NCBI GenBank assembly: GCA_964591015.1
Contig: CAZPXM010000001.1
Coordinates: 41,062-105,061, forward strand
Origin: an uncultured Gemmatimonadaceae bacterium
Lineage (GTDB): Bacteria > Latescibacterota > UBA2968 > UBA8231
Length of the DNA: 64,000 bases
Direction of reading: 5' to 3'
The notes under the pieces: generated by a model
Databases searched by the model: none
What the model was told of the DNA's origin: nothing
Seen by the model: the letters and a program-made list of their open reading frames with translations, nothing else
Translations under genes and position numbers: made by a program
In this document: piece after piece, positions 9,097 through 18,877 of the stretch
Numbering within the stretch: position 1 is the stretch's first letter
Layout of the letters: each line of letters begins with the position of its first letter

Positions 9097-11025
9097 ATGA
9101 CAGCGACGATGCCGATGCGCACGCTCACCGCGCCGCGGCGGGGCGCCGTGCCGGCGTGGGCCCGGCGGCAGCGCGAGCTGTTCGCGGCGATCGACGCCGC
9201 GGCCCCGCTCTTCCTCCGCAAGTACGTGCATCCGGGCGGCACCCTGAAGGAGCACGGGAAGCTCGACGACGACTACGAGTGCTTCAACAGCTGGCCGCTC
9301 GTGTACGCGATGGGCGGGCGCCCGGAGCTGCTGGAGTGGAGCCTGAACGCGTGGAACGGCATCACGCGCCAGTGGACGTACCCGCCTCGGTGCGCCGTCC
9401 GCCGCGAGTTCGTGCGGCACAGCGACGCTCTGCACCTGAGCGAGGCCTACACCGGCTTCCAGGCCTTCGGGCTGGCCGCACCGCAGATCCCTGAGAACGC
9501 CGCGCGAGCCCTCCGCTTCGCCTCCTTCTATCTGGGCGACGAGCCCAGCGCCCGCAACTACGATCCGCGCCTGCGCCTGATCCGCTCGCCCATCACCGGC
9601 AGCGGCGGACCGCTGTTCGAGAGCAGCGCCGACTACGTGCTGAACTACGTGTTCGCCAGCCTGTACCCGGTGGTGCGCGAGCTGGAGGCCGGCTGGGACC
9701 GCGATCCGGCCCGCCATGCCGAGATTCAGCGCCTGTACAACGCCATGGTCATGCAGGGCGACGTGCCCATGAATCTGGCGATCACCGGGCTGGTCGCCCA
9801 CGCCCACATCCTCACCGGCGACGCGCGCTGCCGCGCCTGGGTGCTGGAGTACGTCGATGCGTGGATCGAGCGGGCGCGCCGCAACGGCGGCCTCATCCCC
9901 GACAACGTGGGCCTGGACGACCGCATCGGCCAGACGCGCGGGGGCAACTGGTGGGGCGGGTTCTTCGGCTGGAATGGCCGGTACTCGGTCTGGATGATCT
10001 TCCACGCGCTGATCACGGCCACCGAGTGCGCCTACCTGCTCAGCCGGGACCGGACCTACCTGGAGTTCTACCGTTCGCAGGTGGACTTCCTGCTGGAGCG
10101 GGCGACAGAGCGGGACGGCGACTTGCTCGTGCCCTACAAGCATGACCGCGACGGCTGGTACGACTACCGGCCCCTGGACCCCTACATCGTCGGCCATCTG
10201 TGGCATCTGTCGATGGATGCGGCCGACGAGGCGCGCCTCCGCCGGCTGCACGCCGGCGCCGCGCACGGTCCCCATGCCTACGCGTACGCCGAATCGCCCG
10301 ACCCGCCTGCTCCGGGCGCGGAAGCGTGGCGGCCCGCAGGCCCGGCGGACTGGGACCACGTGCGCGACGATCTCTACGGGAACAAGTTCGTGGAGAACGA
10401 GCCAGCGCACCTGCGTTTCCTGCTGGGCGCCAATCCCGGCTGGCCCGCGGCGATCCTGGCGGCGACCGAGCGGCAGGTGGCCACGGCGGTCGAGCGGCTG
10501 CAGGGCGACAGCTACCAGCACCCGTGGCGCAGCCAGACCATGCAGGCGCAGAACCCGGTGCTCGGCGCGGCGTTGGGGCAGATGACGATGGGAGCGCCGT
10601 TTCCCTGCTACAATGGCGGGCTGCTGATGGCGCGGCTGCGCTATTTCGATGCCGATGCTGGCCGGCCCGGGCTGCCGCCCGACGTGGCCGCCCTGGTGGA
10701 GCGGCTGGCGGCCGACCACACGGTGGTCGAGCTGGTCAACACGTCGGCAGCGCACCGGCGCCAGGTCATCGTGCAGGCCGGCGCCTACGCCGAGCACTGC
10801 GTCGAACAGGTCTCGGCGGCGCCGCTGGCCGGCGCCGAGCCAGCGGTCGCCTCGCCGCCGCCGCTGCGCGTGGACGGGACATGGTTCGAGGTCGAGCTGC
10901 CGCCGGCCACCGGCGTGCGCCTCTCGCTGGCCATGCGCTGCTTCGTGCGGCCACCGACCTACGCGTGGCCGCCGGACCGCGGCGGCTGCGCCGCGCCTGG
11001 CCTCAGTCGGCCAGCAGCTCCCTGA
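9097..11025 (+). CDS. Uncharacterised 642-aa protein, probably helical-barrel fold
   Basis: Long ORF with normal composition; motifs DDDYECFNSWPLVYAMGG, HSDALHLSE, GDVPMNL, NGGLIPDNVG, WWGGFFGW, PCYNGGLL. Confidence 0.8.
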   Translation: MTATMPMRTLTAPRRGAVPAWARRQRELFAAIDAAAPLFLRKYVHPGGTLKEHGKLDDDYECFNSWPLVYAMGGRPELLEWSLNAWNGITRQWTYPPRCAVRREFVRHSDALHLSEAYTGFQAFGLAAPQIPENAARALRFASFYLGDEPSARNYDPRLRLIRSPITGSGGPLFESSADYVLNYVFASLYPVVRELEAGWDRDPARHAEIQRLYNAMVMQGDVPMNLAITGLVAHAHILTGDARCRAWVLEYVDAWIERARRNGGLIPDNVGLDDRIGQTRGGNWWGGFFGWNGRYSVWMIFHALITATECAYLLSRDRTYLEFYRSQVDFLLERATERDGDLLVPYKHDRDGWYDYRPLDPYIVGHLWHLSMDAADEARLRRLHAGAAHGPHAYAYAESPDPPAPGAEAWRPAGPADWDHVRDDLYGNKFVENEPAHLRFLLGANPGWPAAILAATERQVATAVERLQGDSYQHPWRSQTMQAQNPVLGAALGQMTMGAPFPCYNGGLLMARLRYFDADAGRPGLPPDVAALVERLAADHTVVELVNTSAAHRRQVIVQAGAYAEHCVEQVSAAPLAGAEPAVASPPPLRVDGTWFEVELPPATGVRLSLAMRCFVRPPTYAWPPDRGGCAAPGLSRPAAP

Positions 11026-11860
11026 GGCGCGCCGGATCGCCCACGGGCGTCAGCGGCGCCATGGGCAGGCGCATCACCGCGGCGAGGCTGTCGGGGTGTT
11101 CGGCCAGGGCGTAGCGCACCGGCTCGGCGGCGGTGGCGCGCAGGATCGTCGTGCGGCGGTAGGGAGCCGGCAGGCGCGCGAGGCAGGACGCCGGCGCCCG
11201 CGACGCCCGCAGCGCCTGCTCGGCGGCGGCGCGGATGCGCTCGCAAGCCCGCCGCGGCTGCAGGTGGATGGCGGCGCTGTTCCGCTCCGCGTATTGCTCG
11301 GCCGTGCATTCGTCGCCGCGTCCCGGGCGCGTGCCGCGCTTCACCGCCACGGTGCGGATGCCGGGAACGAGCCGGACTGCTTCCTCGGTGAAGGCCTGGT
11401 CGCCAGCCGCGAATACGCATGGGAGGCCCAGTTCGCCGGCGCACAGGGCGAGCTGGCCGAACTCGCCGATGGCCACGCCGTTGATCGAGAGCTCCAGGTA
11501 GCCGAAGCTCTGCGTGTGGGCCAGATGGGCCAGCGGCGTGCGGCTCTTGGCGTGCTGCCCCACCCAGGCCACGGCATCGTAGCCGCCCTCCTCCAGCCCG
11601 CATGGCCAGCTCTGGGGCCAGCCGCGCAGGAACTCCGCGCGTGGGTCCAGGTCCTGGATATCGACCGCGCCGGGTCCGTGGCCGTCCGCCACCAGCACGC
11701 TGTCGGCGCCGCCGGCGAAGAAGCCGGCGACGGCGGCGTTGACTTCCTGCGTGAGCAGCTGCCGGGCGAGGGGATAGTAGGGCTGGCCAGGGCTGATCCA
11801 GGCCGCGGCGTTCTGCACGCCCGCCACGCCTTCCAGATCGGTCATGAGGTAGATGCGCAT
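11003..11860 (-). CDS. dppA: M55 family D-aminopeptidase (DppA-like)
   Basis: IYLMTDLEGVAGV, EVNAAVAGFF, VADGHGPG, VGQHAKS, LAHTQS, GEFGQ. Confidence 0.88.
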   Translation of the reverse strand: MRIYLMTDLEGVAGVQNAAAWISPGQPYYPLARQLLTQEVNAAVAGFFAGGADSVLVADGHGPGAVDIQDLDPRAEFLRGWPQSWPCGLEEGGYDAVAWVGQHAKSRTPLAHLAHTQSFGYLELSINGVAIGEFGQLALCAGELGLPCVFAAGDQAFTEEAVRLVPGIRTVAVKRGTRPGRGDECTAEQYAERNSAAIHLQPRRACERIRAAAEQALRASRAPASCLARLPAPYRRTTILRATAAEPVRYALAEHPDSLAAVMRLPMAPLTPVGDPARLRELLAD

Positions 11861-12071
11861 GGCAGTTCCCTTCGAGTCGCATGGGGTCCGGCAGCCAGGC
11901 ACGGCGGCCGGCTGGCAAGGACGCCAGCCCGGCGCGCGCGCGAGAGCACCAGCGCGCCGGCGCGGATGCCGCGGATTTGCGTCCGTGGCGCCTGCGACTA
12001 TATACAGACGCATCGCCGGGGCGAGAGCAACCGCCGGGGCGTCCACCGTGGAGCGGAAAGCGAGGACCGAG

Positions 12072-12485
12072 ATGAACGGACACGACCTGAAGAGGGCGCT
12101 GATGCGGCGCCACGAGCTGGCCCGTCATCTGCATCCGGCAGCCCAAGCCGCCGCGGCAGTCGACGCGATCTGTGGCTGGATAGGATGGGATGCGGCGGCC
12201 CTGCGGCGCGAAGTGGCAGCGCACGCCGCGGCCCGGCGATGGCCGCTGGACCGGGCGTACCAGGACTACTGCCAGCACGCCCTGCGCGACCGCCTCAACG
12301 ACGCGAAGTGGAGCTTCGTGGAGAGGAACCCGCACGACCCGGCCGCCCAGGAGATCATCGCCCTGGCCCGCTCGTGGCTGGCGCGCATCCAGCGCGAGGC
12401 CAGCGACGAGGATCGCGTCGTGGCCTTCCCCACCGAGGAGGAGGCGTACGGCGAACCGGACCGGCGCGTCGAGGCGATGGGTTGA
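12072..12485 (+). CDS. Hypothetical helical protein (137 aa)
   Basis: ATG after GAGGA; MNGHDLKRALMRRHELARHLHP...; promoter-like TTGCGT-N16-TATATA at 11977-12004. Confidence 0.6.
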   Translation: MNGHDLKRALMRRHELARHLHPAAQAAAAVDAICGWIGWDAAALRREVAAHAAARRWPLDRAYQDYCQHALRDRLNDAKWSFVERNPHDPAAQEIIALARSWLARIQREASDEDRVVAFPTEEEAYGEPDRRVEAMG

Positions 12486-12564
12486 GGCGAGCGCACGGCA
12501 GCGGCAGCGCGCCGGCCCTGGCGGCCGGACGCCTCCCGCCACGGGCCCGGGCCGTGCCCGGCTC

Positions 12565-12930
12565 TCAGTTGCGCACCGGACCCTCGCCCTCCCAGGGCTC
12601 GGCCTCGTCGCTCATGCTATCGTGCCAGTTCTCGTAGTACGAGCTGACGAAGTCCAGCAGGACCTGCATCACGCAGCAGTCCGACTCGCCACTGTCGAGC
12701 AGGTGCTCGACGGTGGCGGACAGCAGCGCGAAGCCGAGGTCCTGCTGCGCGATGCCCTTGGCCTGGGCAGCGGCCACCAGCGCGCGGAACTGCGCCGCCA
12801 GTTCCTCGTCGTCCAGGAGAATGCGGTTGTAGGGGGGTAGCTCGTCGCCTTCGTCGCTGCCCTCCTCACGACCGTCGCCCTGGCCGTCCGGTCCCTCGTC
12901 ATAGAGCGAATCGTCGCCGCTGGCCATCAT
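12565..12930 (-). CDS. Small acidic hypothetical protein (121 aa)
   Basis: Strong GGAGGAGG RBS; D/E-rich termini around a helical core. Confidence 0.7.
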   Translation of the reverse strand: MMASGDDSLYDEGPDGQGDGREEGSDEGDELPPYNRILLDDEELAAQFRALVAAAQAKGIAQQDLGFALLSATVEHLLDSGESDCCVMQVLLDFVSSYYENWHDSMSDEAEPWEGEGPVRN

Positions 12931-13780
12931 CTTCCTCCTCCGCGTGTCTCCGCACCGCGGCTGATCGCGAGCGCGCCGGCTGCCAGCCCGGCCGGGACGC
13001 CGGCAGCGCAGGCGTCGGCGGGAATCTCGCGGCGCTCACCGGCAACGCCGCTGCCTCCAGGGCGGCAGCCGGGTCCGCCAGAAACTGGCGATACAGGCGC
13101 ACCGCCGGAACGGCGCCATACTCCACCCGCTGCACCGGCGTGTGGTCGAACGACAGGATGGCGGCGCCAGGGCAGGCCAGCACGATGGGCGAGTGTGTGG
13201 CAATGACGAACTGGGCCTGCCCGGCACCCGCTGCGGCGTGCAGCAGCCGCACCAGCTCGAGCTGGCTGTGCGGCGACAGCGCGGTCTCCGGCTCGTCCAT
13301 GAAGAAGAGGCCGCGACGCTCACAGCGGGCTCTCAGGTAGGCCAGGATCGACTCGCCGTGGGACTGCACCAGCAGTGACTGCCCGCCATAGTGCTGGAGC
13401 ACCTGGCGGTCGGCGGCCGCCCACTGATCCACCGTGTAGGCGAAGTGCTGGAAGTTGCTGGACGAGAAGTACGCGCCCGGCACGCGCCCGTCGCACCAGT
13501 CGATGGTCAGGTAGTACTGGAGCGCCTCGACGTCCGGGTTCGGGTCGAGCCGGGGCCGCCCGGTATCGCCCCAGATGTGGACGCCGCACCGGCGGGCGAT
13601 CGCCTCCAGGAGCGTGGACTTGCCGCTGCCGTTCTCGCCGGTGAAGAAGGTCACGGGCGCGGTGAACTCGACCGCTGGCGTGCCCTGCAGCAGCTTCTGG
13701 TTGAAGGGGTAGCGATCGGCTCGCGGGAAGTCGGCGGAGCGCACCGTCGCGCGCTGGATGTGCATGCGGGTCCTCGTCAT
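12899..13780 (-). CDS. Predicted ABC-type ATPase (COG3910 / AAA_21-like)
   Basis: YPFN...[55 protein letters not shown]. Confidence 0.85.
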   Translation of the reverse strand: MTRTRMHIQRATVRSADFPRADRYPFNQKLLQGTPAVEFTAPVTFFTGENGSGKSTLLEAIARRCGVHIWGDTGRPRLDPNPDVEALQYYLTIDWCDGRVPGAYFSSSNFQHFAYTVDQWAAADRQVLQHYGGQSLLVQSHGESILAYLRARCERRGLFFMDEPETALSPHSQLELVRLLHAAAGAGQAQFVIATHSPIVLACPGAAILSFDHTPVQRVEYGAVPAVRLYRQFLADPAAALEAAALPVSAARFPPTPALPASRPGWQPARSRSAAVRRHAEEEDDGQRRRFAL

Positions 13781-14061
13781 GGACGACAGACCGCGCACCA
13801 TCGCGCGGCAGTCGGGTCCTGGATCCGGCAGCAATATACCCTGCGTCTGGGGGCACGACAACGGCACGGGGCCGGGCCGGCCGCCGTGGCGCGCTCGCGC
13901 CGGGCAGGCACGCACGCGGTCTGGCGCCGCCGCCGGTCCGCCCTTTCTTAGGTTGGCGTGGGCCGCGACTGTGGGCACGATGGCGGCTGCCAGCCCCGGC
14001 CGTGCTCGGCGCGATCTCGGGCGCGAGGCGCCGGCGTGCCGCACCCAACCAAGGAGGAGAG

Positions 14062-15342
14062 ATGAAGACGACGATAGCGGCGGTCTGGGCGATCGAGATC
14101 CTGGACTCGCGCGGCAACCCCACCGTGCGGGTGTTCTGCGAGCTGAGCGACGGCACCGTGGCGTCGGCCTCGGTGCCGTCGGGCGCCTCGACCGGCGAGA
14201 ACGAGGCAGTGGAGCTGCGCGACGGCGATGGCGGCCGCTATGGTGGCAAGGGCGTGCTGCAGGCGGTCCGCAACGTCGACGAGGTCATCGCCCCCGAGAT
14301 CCGCGGGATGGATCCGAGCCAGCAGGCCCGGATCGACCGGCTGATGATCGAGCTGGACGGCACCCCCAACAAGGGCAAGCTCGGCGCCAACGCGATCCTG
14401 GGCGTCTCCATGGCCGTGGCGCGCGCCGCGGCGACGGCGGCCGGCCTGCCGTTGTATGCCTATCTCGGCGGCGCCGGCGCGGTCCGCCTGCCCGTGCCCA
14501 TGATGAACATCCTGAACGGCGGCAAGCACGCCGACAACAGCGTGGACCTGCAGGAGTTCATGGCCATGCCGGTGGGCGCTCCCAGCTTCCGCGAGGCCCT
14601 GCGCTACGGCGCCGAGACCTTCCACGCCCTCAAGCGGATCCTGGCCAAGAGGGGGTACTCGACGGCCGTGGGCGACGAAGGCGGATTCGCCCCCGATCTG
14701 AAGAGCAACGAGGAGGCCTGCGAGGTCATCGTGGCGGCCATCGAGGCGGCCGGCTACCGGCCGGGCAGGGATGTGGCCATCGCGCTGGATCCGGCGGCCA
14801 GCTCGTTCTTCGCGGACGGCGCCTACCAGCTGTCGCGCAGCGGTCAGGGCAGGAAGACCAGCGCCGAGATGACCAGGCTGTACGGGAGCTGGATCGAGAA
14901 GTACCCGATCGTGTCCATCGAGGACGGACTGGCGGAGAACGACTGGGACGGCTTCCAGGCGCACACCGCCGCCCTGGGAGATCGCATCCAGATTGTCGGC
15001 GACGATCTGTACGTCACGAACACCCGGTTCATCGCCCAGGGCATCCAGCGCGGCAGCACCAACGCGGTGCTGATCAAGCTCAACCAGATCGGTACGGTCA
15101 CCGAGACCAACGAGGCGATCGCGCTGTGCCGGCAGGCGGGCTGGGGCTTCGTGATCTCGCACCGCAGCGGCGAGACCGAGGACGCCTTCATGGCCGACTA
15201 TGCGGTGGCCATGGGCGGCGGCCAGATCAAGACCGGGTCGGCCTGCCGCAGCGAGCGCATCGCCAAGTACAACCGTCTCCTGGAGATCGAGGCCGAGCTC
15301 GGCAAGGCCGCCGTGTTCGCCAATCCGTTCTCTCGCTCCTGA
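14062..15342 (+). CDS. eno: Enolase (phosphopyruvate hydratase)
   Basis: [60 protein letters not shown]; AAGGAGG RBS. Confidence 0.97.
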   Translation: MKTTIAAVWAIEILDSRGNPTVRVFCELSDGTVASASVPSGASTGENEAVELRDGDGGRYGGKGVLQAVRNVDEVIAPEIRGMDPSQQARIDRLMIELDGTPNKGKLGANAILGVSMAVARAAATAAGLPLYAYLGGAGAVRLPVPMMNILNGGKHADNSVDLQEFMAMPVGAPSFREALRYGAETFHALKRILAKRGYSTAVGDEGGFAPDLKSNEEACEVIVAAIEAAGYRPGRDVAIALDPAASSFFADGAYQLSRSGQGRKTSAEMTRLYGSWIEKYPIVSIEDGLAENDWDGFQAHTAALGDRIQIVGDDLYVTNTRFIAQGIQRGSTNAVLIKLNQIGTVTETNEAIALCRQAGWGFVISHRSGETEDAFMADYAVAMGGGQIKTGSACRSERIAKYNRLLEIEAELGKAAVFANPFSRS

Positions 15343-15668
15343 GCCCACCCGGCGCCAGCCGGGTGCCGCTGGCTGCGCTGGCCCTTGGCGGCAGGAGCGG
15401 CGAGCGGCGTGGCGGCTCGCGCCCTGGCCTGCGGGTCCGTGTAGCAGCGGGAACACCGCTGTTACCTCGAGCATACGCGCCGGCATCGCCCGCTCGATGC
15501 CGGCGCCCGGTATCCGGCCCGGCGCGGCCACGGGCCGGCGCGTGCGGCGGCGCGAGCACACCTTTTGCTGCTCACTCGCCGGCGGGCGCGCGCCAGGCCC
15601 ATCCTCCCATGCCGACTCCAGCAGGCGGCCGGCCAGGGCGCGGCCCCAGTCCTGGCGTGGAGCTGTCG

Positions 15669-16715
15669 ATGCGTCGCGTGCTGCCGGTGGGCCGGCCGCT
15701 TCTGCGCACCTACCTGTTCTACCTGTACCCGTTCACCATCCTGGCGCAGAGCGACGACCACCTGGCATGGCTGTTTGGCCGGTGCATCCAGTTGCTCTAC
15801 TACCCGGGCGAGTGCCTGAAGATGCTCGTCGAACCCGGCTCGGTGAGCAGCCAGCTCGGCCACGCCTACCGACTCAGTTGCCCGCTGCTGGACATCCAGA
15901 CGCTCGCCCTGGAGACGCTGGCCTCGCTGGAGCCGGACCCGGTCCGGGCCTGTGTCAGGCTGATCGAGGGGGGCACCTACGTCCAGCTCGACGTCGACTA
16001 CTTCCATCTGCGCCATACCCCGGACCACGGGCGGCGGCACTTTCTCCACGAGCTGCTGCTGTACGGCGTGGACACCGGCCGCGACAGCTTCACGGCGGCG
16101 GCATACGGGCCGCGCGGCGATCCGGTTGCGGTCGAGGTACCCTTCGCGGAGCTGGCGCGTGCGGCGGCGGGCACGCCGGCGCCGGAGCGCGGCGCATCGC
16201 CGCCGGACGAGTCCCTGTGGGGCCGGCCGCGGGCCATCCTCTACCGGTACCATCCGGAGCGCCGCTGTGCGCTCGATCTCGTCAGCGTCGGCGAGCAGAT
16301 CGCGGACTATCTGCACGGAGCCGACTCGTCGGGGCGGTACCGGCTCCAGGGGCTGGCTCGACCCGGCGGCGTCTGGGGGACCGCGGTGTACGGCTGGCTG
16401 CACGACCAGCTCGAGGAGGCCTGCCGGGCGCCTGCGGCGATCTGCCCGCTGACCTGGCGGGTGCTGTACGAGCACAAGGTCTGCATGGAGCGGCGCCTCG
16501 GGTACCTGGCGGCGACAGCCGTGCCCGCCGCCGGGGAACTGGCGGGTCAGTACCGCGCGGTCATCCGCTGCGCGCGCGCCCTGCAGGTGCTGCTGCTCCG
16601 CTGGTCCGCAGCGCCGGCAGGCACCCCCGCCGCGGCGCGCGTGGCGCACGCCCATCTCGGCCAGATGGCGGCGGTGGAGGCGCGCGTGCTCGGCCGCGTG
16701 CTCGACGCGATCTAG
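15669..16715 (+). CDS. Hypothetical protein resembling BtrH-N / papain-like fold family
   Basis: YVQLDVDYFHL...HFLHELLLYGVD...F and C-terminal LYEHKVCMERRLGYL. An alternative in-frame ATG lies at 15609. Confidence 0.6.
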   Translation: MRRVLPVGRPLLRTYLFYLYPFTILAQSDDHLAWLFGRCIQLLYYPGECLKMLVEPGSVSSQLGHAYRLSCPLLDIQTLALETLASLEPDPVRACVRLIEGGTYVQLDVDYFHLRHTPDHGRRHFLHELLLYGVDTGRDSFTAAAYGPRGDPVAVEVPFAELARAAAGTPAPERGASPPDESLWGRPRAILYRYHPERRCALDLVSVGEQIADYLHGADSSGRYRLQGLARPGGVWGTAVYGWLHDQLEEACRAPAAICPLTWRVLYEHKVCMERRLGYLAATAVPAAGELAGQYRAVIRCARALQVLLLRWSAAPAGTPAAARVAHAHLGQMAAVEARVLGRVLDAI

Positions 16716-16780
16716 CCGGCCGCCGCGGCGCGAAGGGGGGGCGGTGTCCGCGCGCTCGCCACCGGCCACGGGCGGCTCGG

Positions 16781-17512
16781 CTAGGCGCGGTCCGGCAAGC
16801 CCTCGGTGTAGCCGTTGGCGACCATGGCCTCGCGGAAGAACTCGAAATAGTGGCGGCCGGTATCGCGCTGCCAGCGTCCCACCGGCTCGGGGCGGACGAT
16901 GATCCTCGCCAGGGGGATGCCCAGGAATTCCTCCAGTCTGCCCAGCGTCTCCTCCTGCCGCAGCACGAAATCCTCGTAGCGCACCGACAGATAGCGCGCC
17001 GGCTTCGGCGTGGCCTGGACCAGGTCGTACTGGTACTTCCAGGAGATGGCGCGCCGCTCCCGCTGGTCCGTGACGGGCGGGTAGTCGATCCCGAAGTCGT
17101 GCAGGTCGTCGGTGAGGTGGGCGCCGATGATGCAGTCGCGGGGATCGCGGATCCACGAGATGTAATGGGCATCGGGGAACATGCGCGCGATCCACGGGAA
17201 TATCAGGGTGGTCTCCGGCAGCTTCCAGCCGCGGTTGGCGTCGCGCCGCAGCACGTCGGCCAGATAGGACTCGACCAGCCGGACGAACTCGGGGTCGAGG
17301 GGCATGGTGTGCAGCTGGGAGAAGTCCCAGTGCAGCCCGCCGGTCCACCGCACGTAGCGGGCCATGACGCGACAGGCCTCGTACAGGTCCTCGGGCGGCA
17401 CCTTGTCGCCGGACGGATTGATCGTGCTGCCCATGAACACGCCGCTCGCGTACAGCGTGTGCGAGATGGCCCGCGTGCCCGAATGGCCGCGGCCGATGAT
17501 CGTCACCAGCAC
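16781..17512 (-). CDS. Sulfotransferase-fold protein (Sulfotransfer_3-like)
   Basis: IIGRGHSGTR (5'-PSB loop), GWKLP, FPDA...IRDPRD, VRYEDFV...LEEFLG; GTG after GGAAAGGAGG. Confidence 0.8.
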   Translation of the reverse strand: MLVTIIGRGHSGTRAISHTLYASGVFMGSTINPSGDKVPPEDLYEACRVMARYVRWTGGLHWDFSQLHTMPLDPEFVRLVESYLADVLRRDANRGWKLPETTLIFPWIARMFPDAHYISWIRDPRDCIIGAHLTDDLHDFGIDYPPVTDQRERRAISWKYQYDLVQATPKPARYLSVRYEDFVLRQEETLGRLEEFLGIPLARIIVRPEPVGRWQRDTGRHYFEFFREAMVANGYTEGLPDRA

Positions 17513-17667
17513 TTCCTTCCCTCCTTTCCGGGGAACGGCAGCGCGGACGGCGCCGGCCACTGCCGGCCGCCGGTGGATGCGGAGAGGCAAAGGTCGCGGC
17601 CGGATCGCCTGCCGACAAGGCAGCGCGGCGTGCCCCGCGGTCTGCCGCATGGCGGCCCGGCCGGGCT

Positions 17668-18768
17668 TCAGCCGGCAGCAGCGGCGGCGCGCGCGGCGCG
17701 CACGAAGGCCAGGAAGTTCTCCGGCGGGGTTTCCGCGAACACTGCATCGGCGGTCGAGTGGATGTGGCGGAAGCCGGCCGCGGCCCGCACCATGGCGCGA
17801 GTGCCGGCGGCCACCTCGGCCGGCGTCCCGTCCCGCAGCAGGATCAGGCTGAGATTGCCCTTGGAGCAAATGCGGGGGGAGAGACGCGCCCGCGCCGCAG
17901 CCAGCTCGTTGTCACCCTCGGGCGGCGGGGCCAGGGTCTCGACGACGTCCGCGCCGAGCGCGTCGAACAGACCTGCCTCGATCAGGCGCCGCGTATGCCC
18001 GCAGTTGTGGTACCAGAACAGGCCGCCGCGCGCGTGCGTCCACTCGGCCAGGCGGCGCGTGTAGGGCAGGTCCTGGGCGGCGAACTGCCGGGGCGAGATC
18101 ATCTCGAGCCCATAGCCTGACTCGCTCATGAAGTCCACGCCCTCTTCCAGCGCGATGGCGAAGACGAACAGGGCCGCCGTGAACACCGCCTCCATGCTGC
18201 GGCCGAACAGCTCGGGGTGATCGGCCGCCTGGTACACCATCTGTGCCGGGCTGATCTGGCCTCCCAGCCAGGTGATGTGCGGGTGCCCGATGACGATCAC
18301 GCCGCTCTCGCCGACGCGCCGCCGGAAGGCGGCGAAGTAGCGGCGTATCTCCGCCTCTCGTGTCGGCACGGCCGCGCAGGCGGCAACCAGCAGCTCGTGG
18401 TCGGCGGGCCCGCGCAGCGGGAACGCCCCGTCCTCTCCGTACAGACCCGCGCGTCGCGATACGCGCCGCTCCCAGGTGCCGGCTGGCGTCTCGAGAGTGG
18501 CGACCCTCCACGTCGCGTCCGAGCGCGCCGGATCGTCGCGCCAGGGGAAGATCAACTCGGCGCAGGCGGTCATGAACATGGGCTCGTAGTCCAGGGCGTG
18601 CGCCAGGGCGATCTCGTCGGCCACGGGGTCGGCGGTCACCCGCAGCCCGAGACGGCGCAGACACGCCGCCACCAGCGGGGCGTGGGGCAGGAACGGCGAC
18701 ACCACGGGGCGAGCCCCGGGCTGACCGCGGACGTAATCCAGGAACCGCTGTCTGGGCGTGATCGCCAT
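17668..18768 (-). CDS. Uroporphyrinogen decarboxylase / methylcobalamin methyltransferase-fold family protein
   Basis: TPRQRF start, ISPRQF...PY, FWYHNCG, VVETLAPPPEGD, KGNLS, HSTAD..F.ETPPENF. Confidence 0.82.
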   Translation of the reverse strand: MAITPRQRFLDYVRGQPGARPVVSPFLPHAPLVAACLRRLGLRVTADPVADEIALAHALDYEPMFMTACAELIFPWRDDPARSDATWRVATLETPAGTWERRVSRRAGLYGEDGAFPLRGPADHELLVAACAAVPTREAEIRRYFAAFRRRVGESGVIVIGHPHITWLGGQISPAQMVYQAADHPELFGRSMEAVFTAALFVFAIALEEGVDFMSESGYGLEMISPRQFAAQDLPYTRRLAEWTHARGGLFWYHNCGHTRRLIEAGLFDALGADVVETLAPPPEGDNELAAARARLSPRICSKGNLSLILLRDGTPAEVAAGTRAMVRAAAGFRHIHSTADAVFAETPPENFLAFVRAARAAAAAG

Positions 18769-18877
18769 GCTCCTGCCCGCGCGGGAAAGGGACGGCACCC
18801 GACGCGCACCGGCGGCGGCCCGCAGCCGCCTCCGCCGGCCTCCGCTCTGCGACAGGCGACGCGCTGCCCGTCGGTGG

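Noticed and set aside
11868-11890. TTCGAGTC resembling a tRNA T-loop
   Set aside because: No G before TTC, and no T-stem, acceptor stem or cloverleaf.
14062-15342. Enolase outside a glycolytic operon as a possible pseudo- or moonlighting paralogue
   Set aside because: All catalytic and Mg-binding motifs are intact, and a stand-alone eno is common.
13758-15668. 985-aa ORF apparently fusing a long N-terminus to the BtrH-like protein
   Set aside because: The N-terminal part is an alternate frame over enolase with low-complexity composition.
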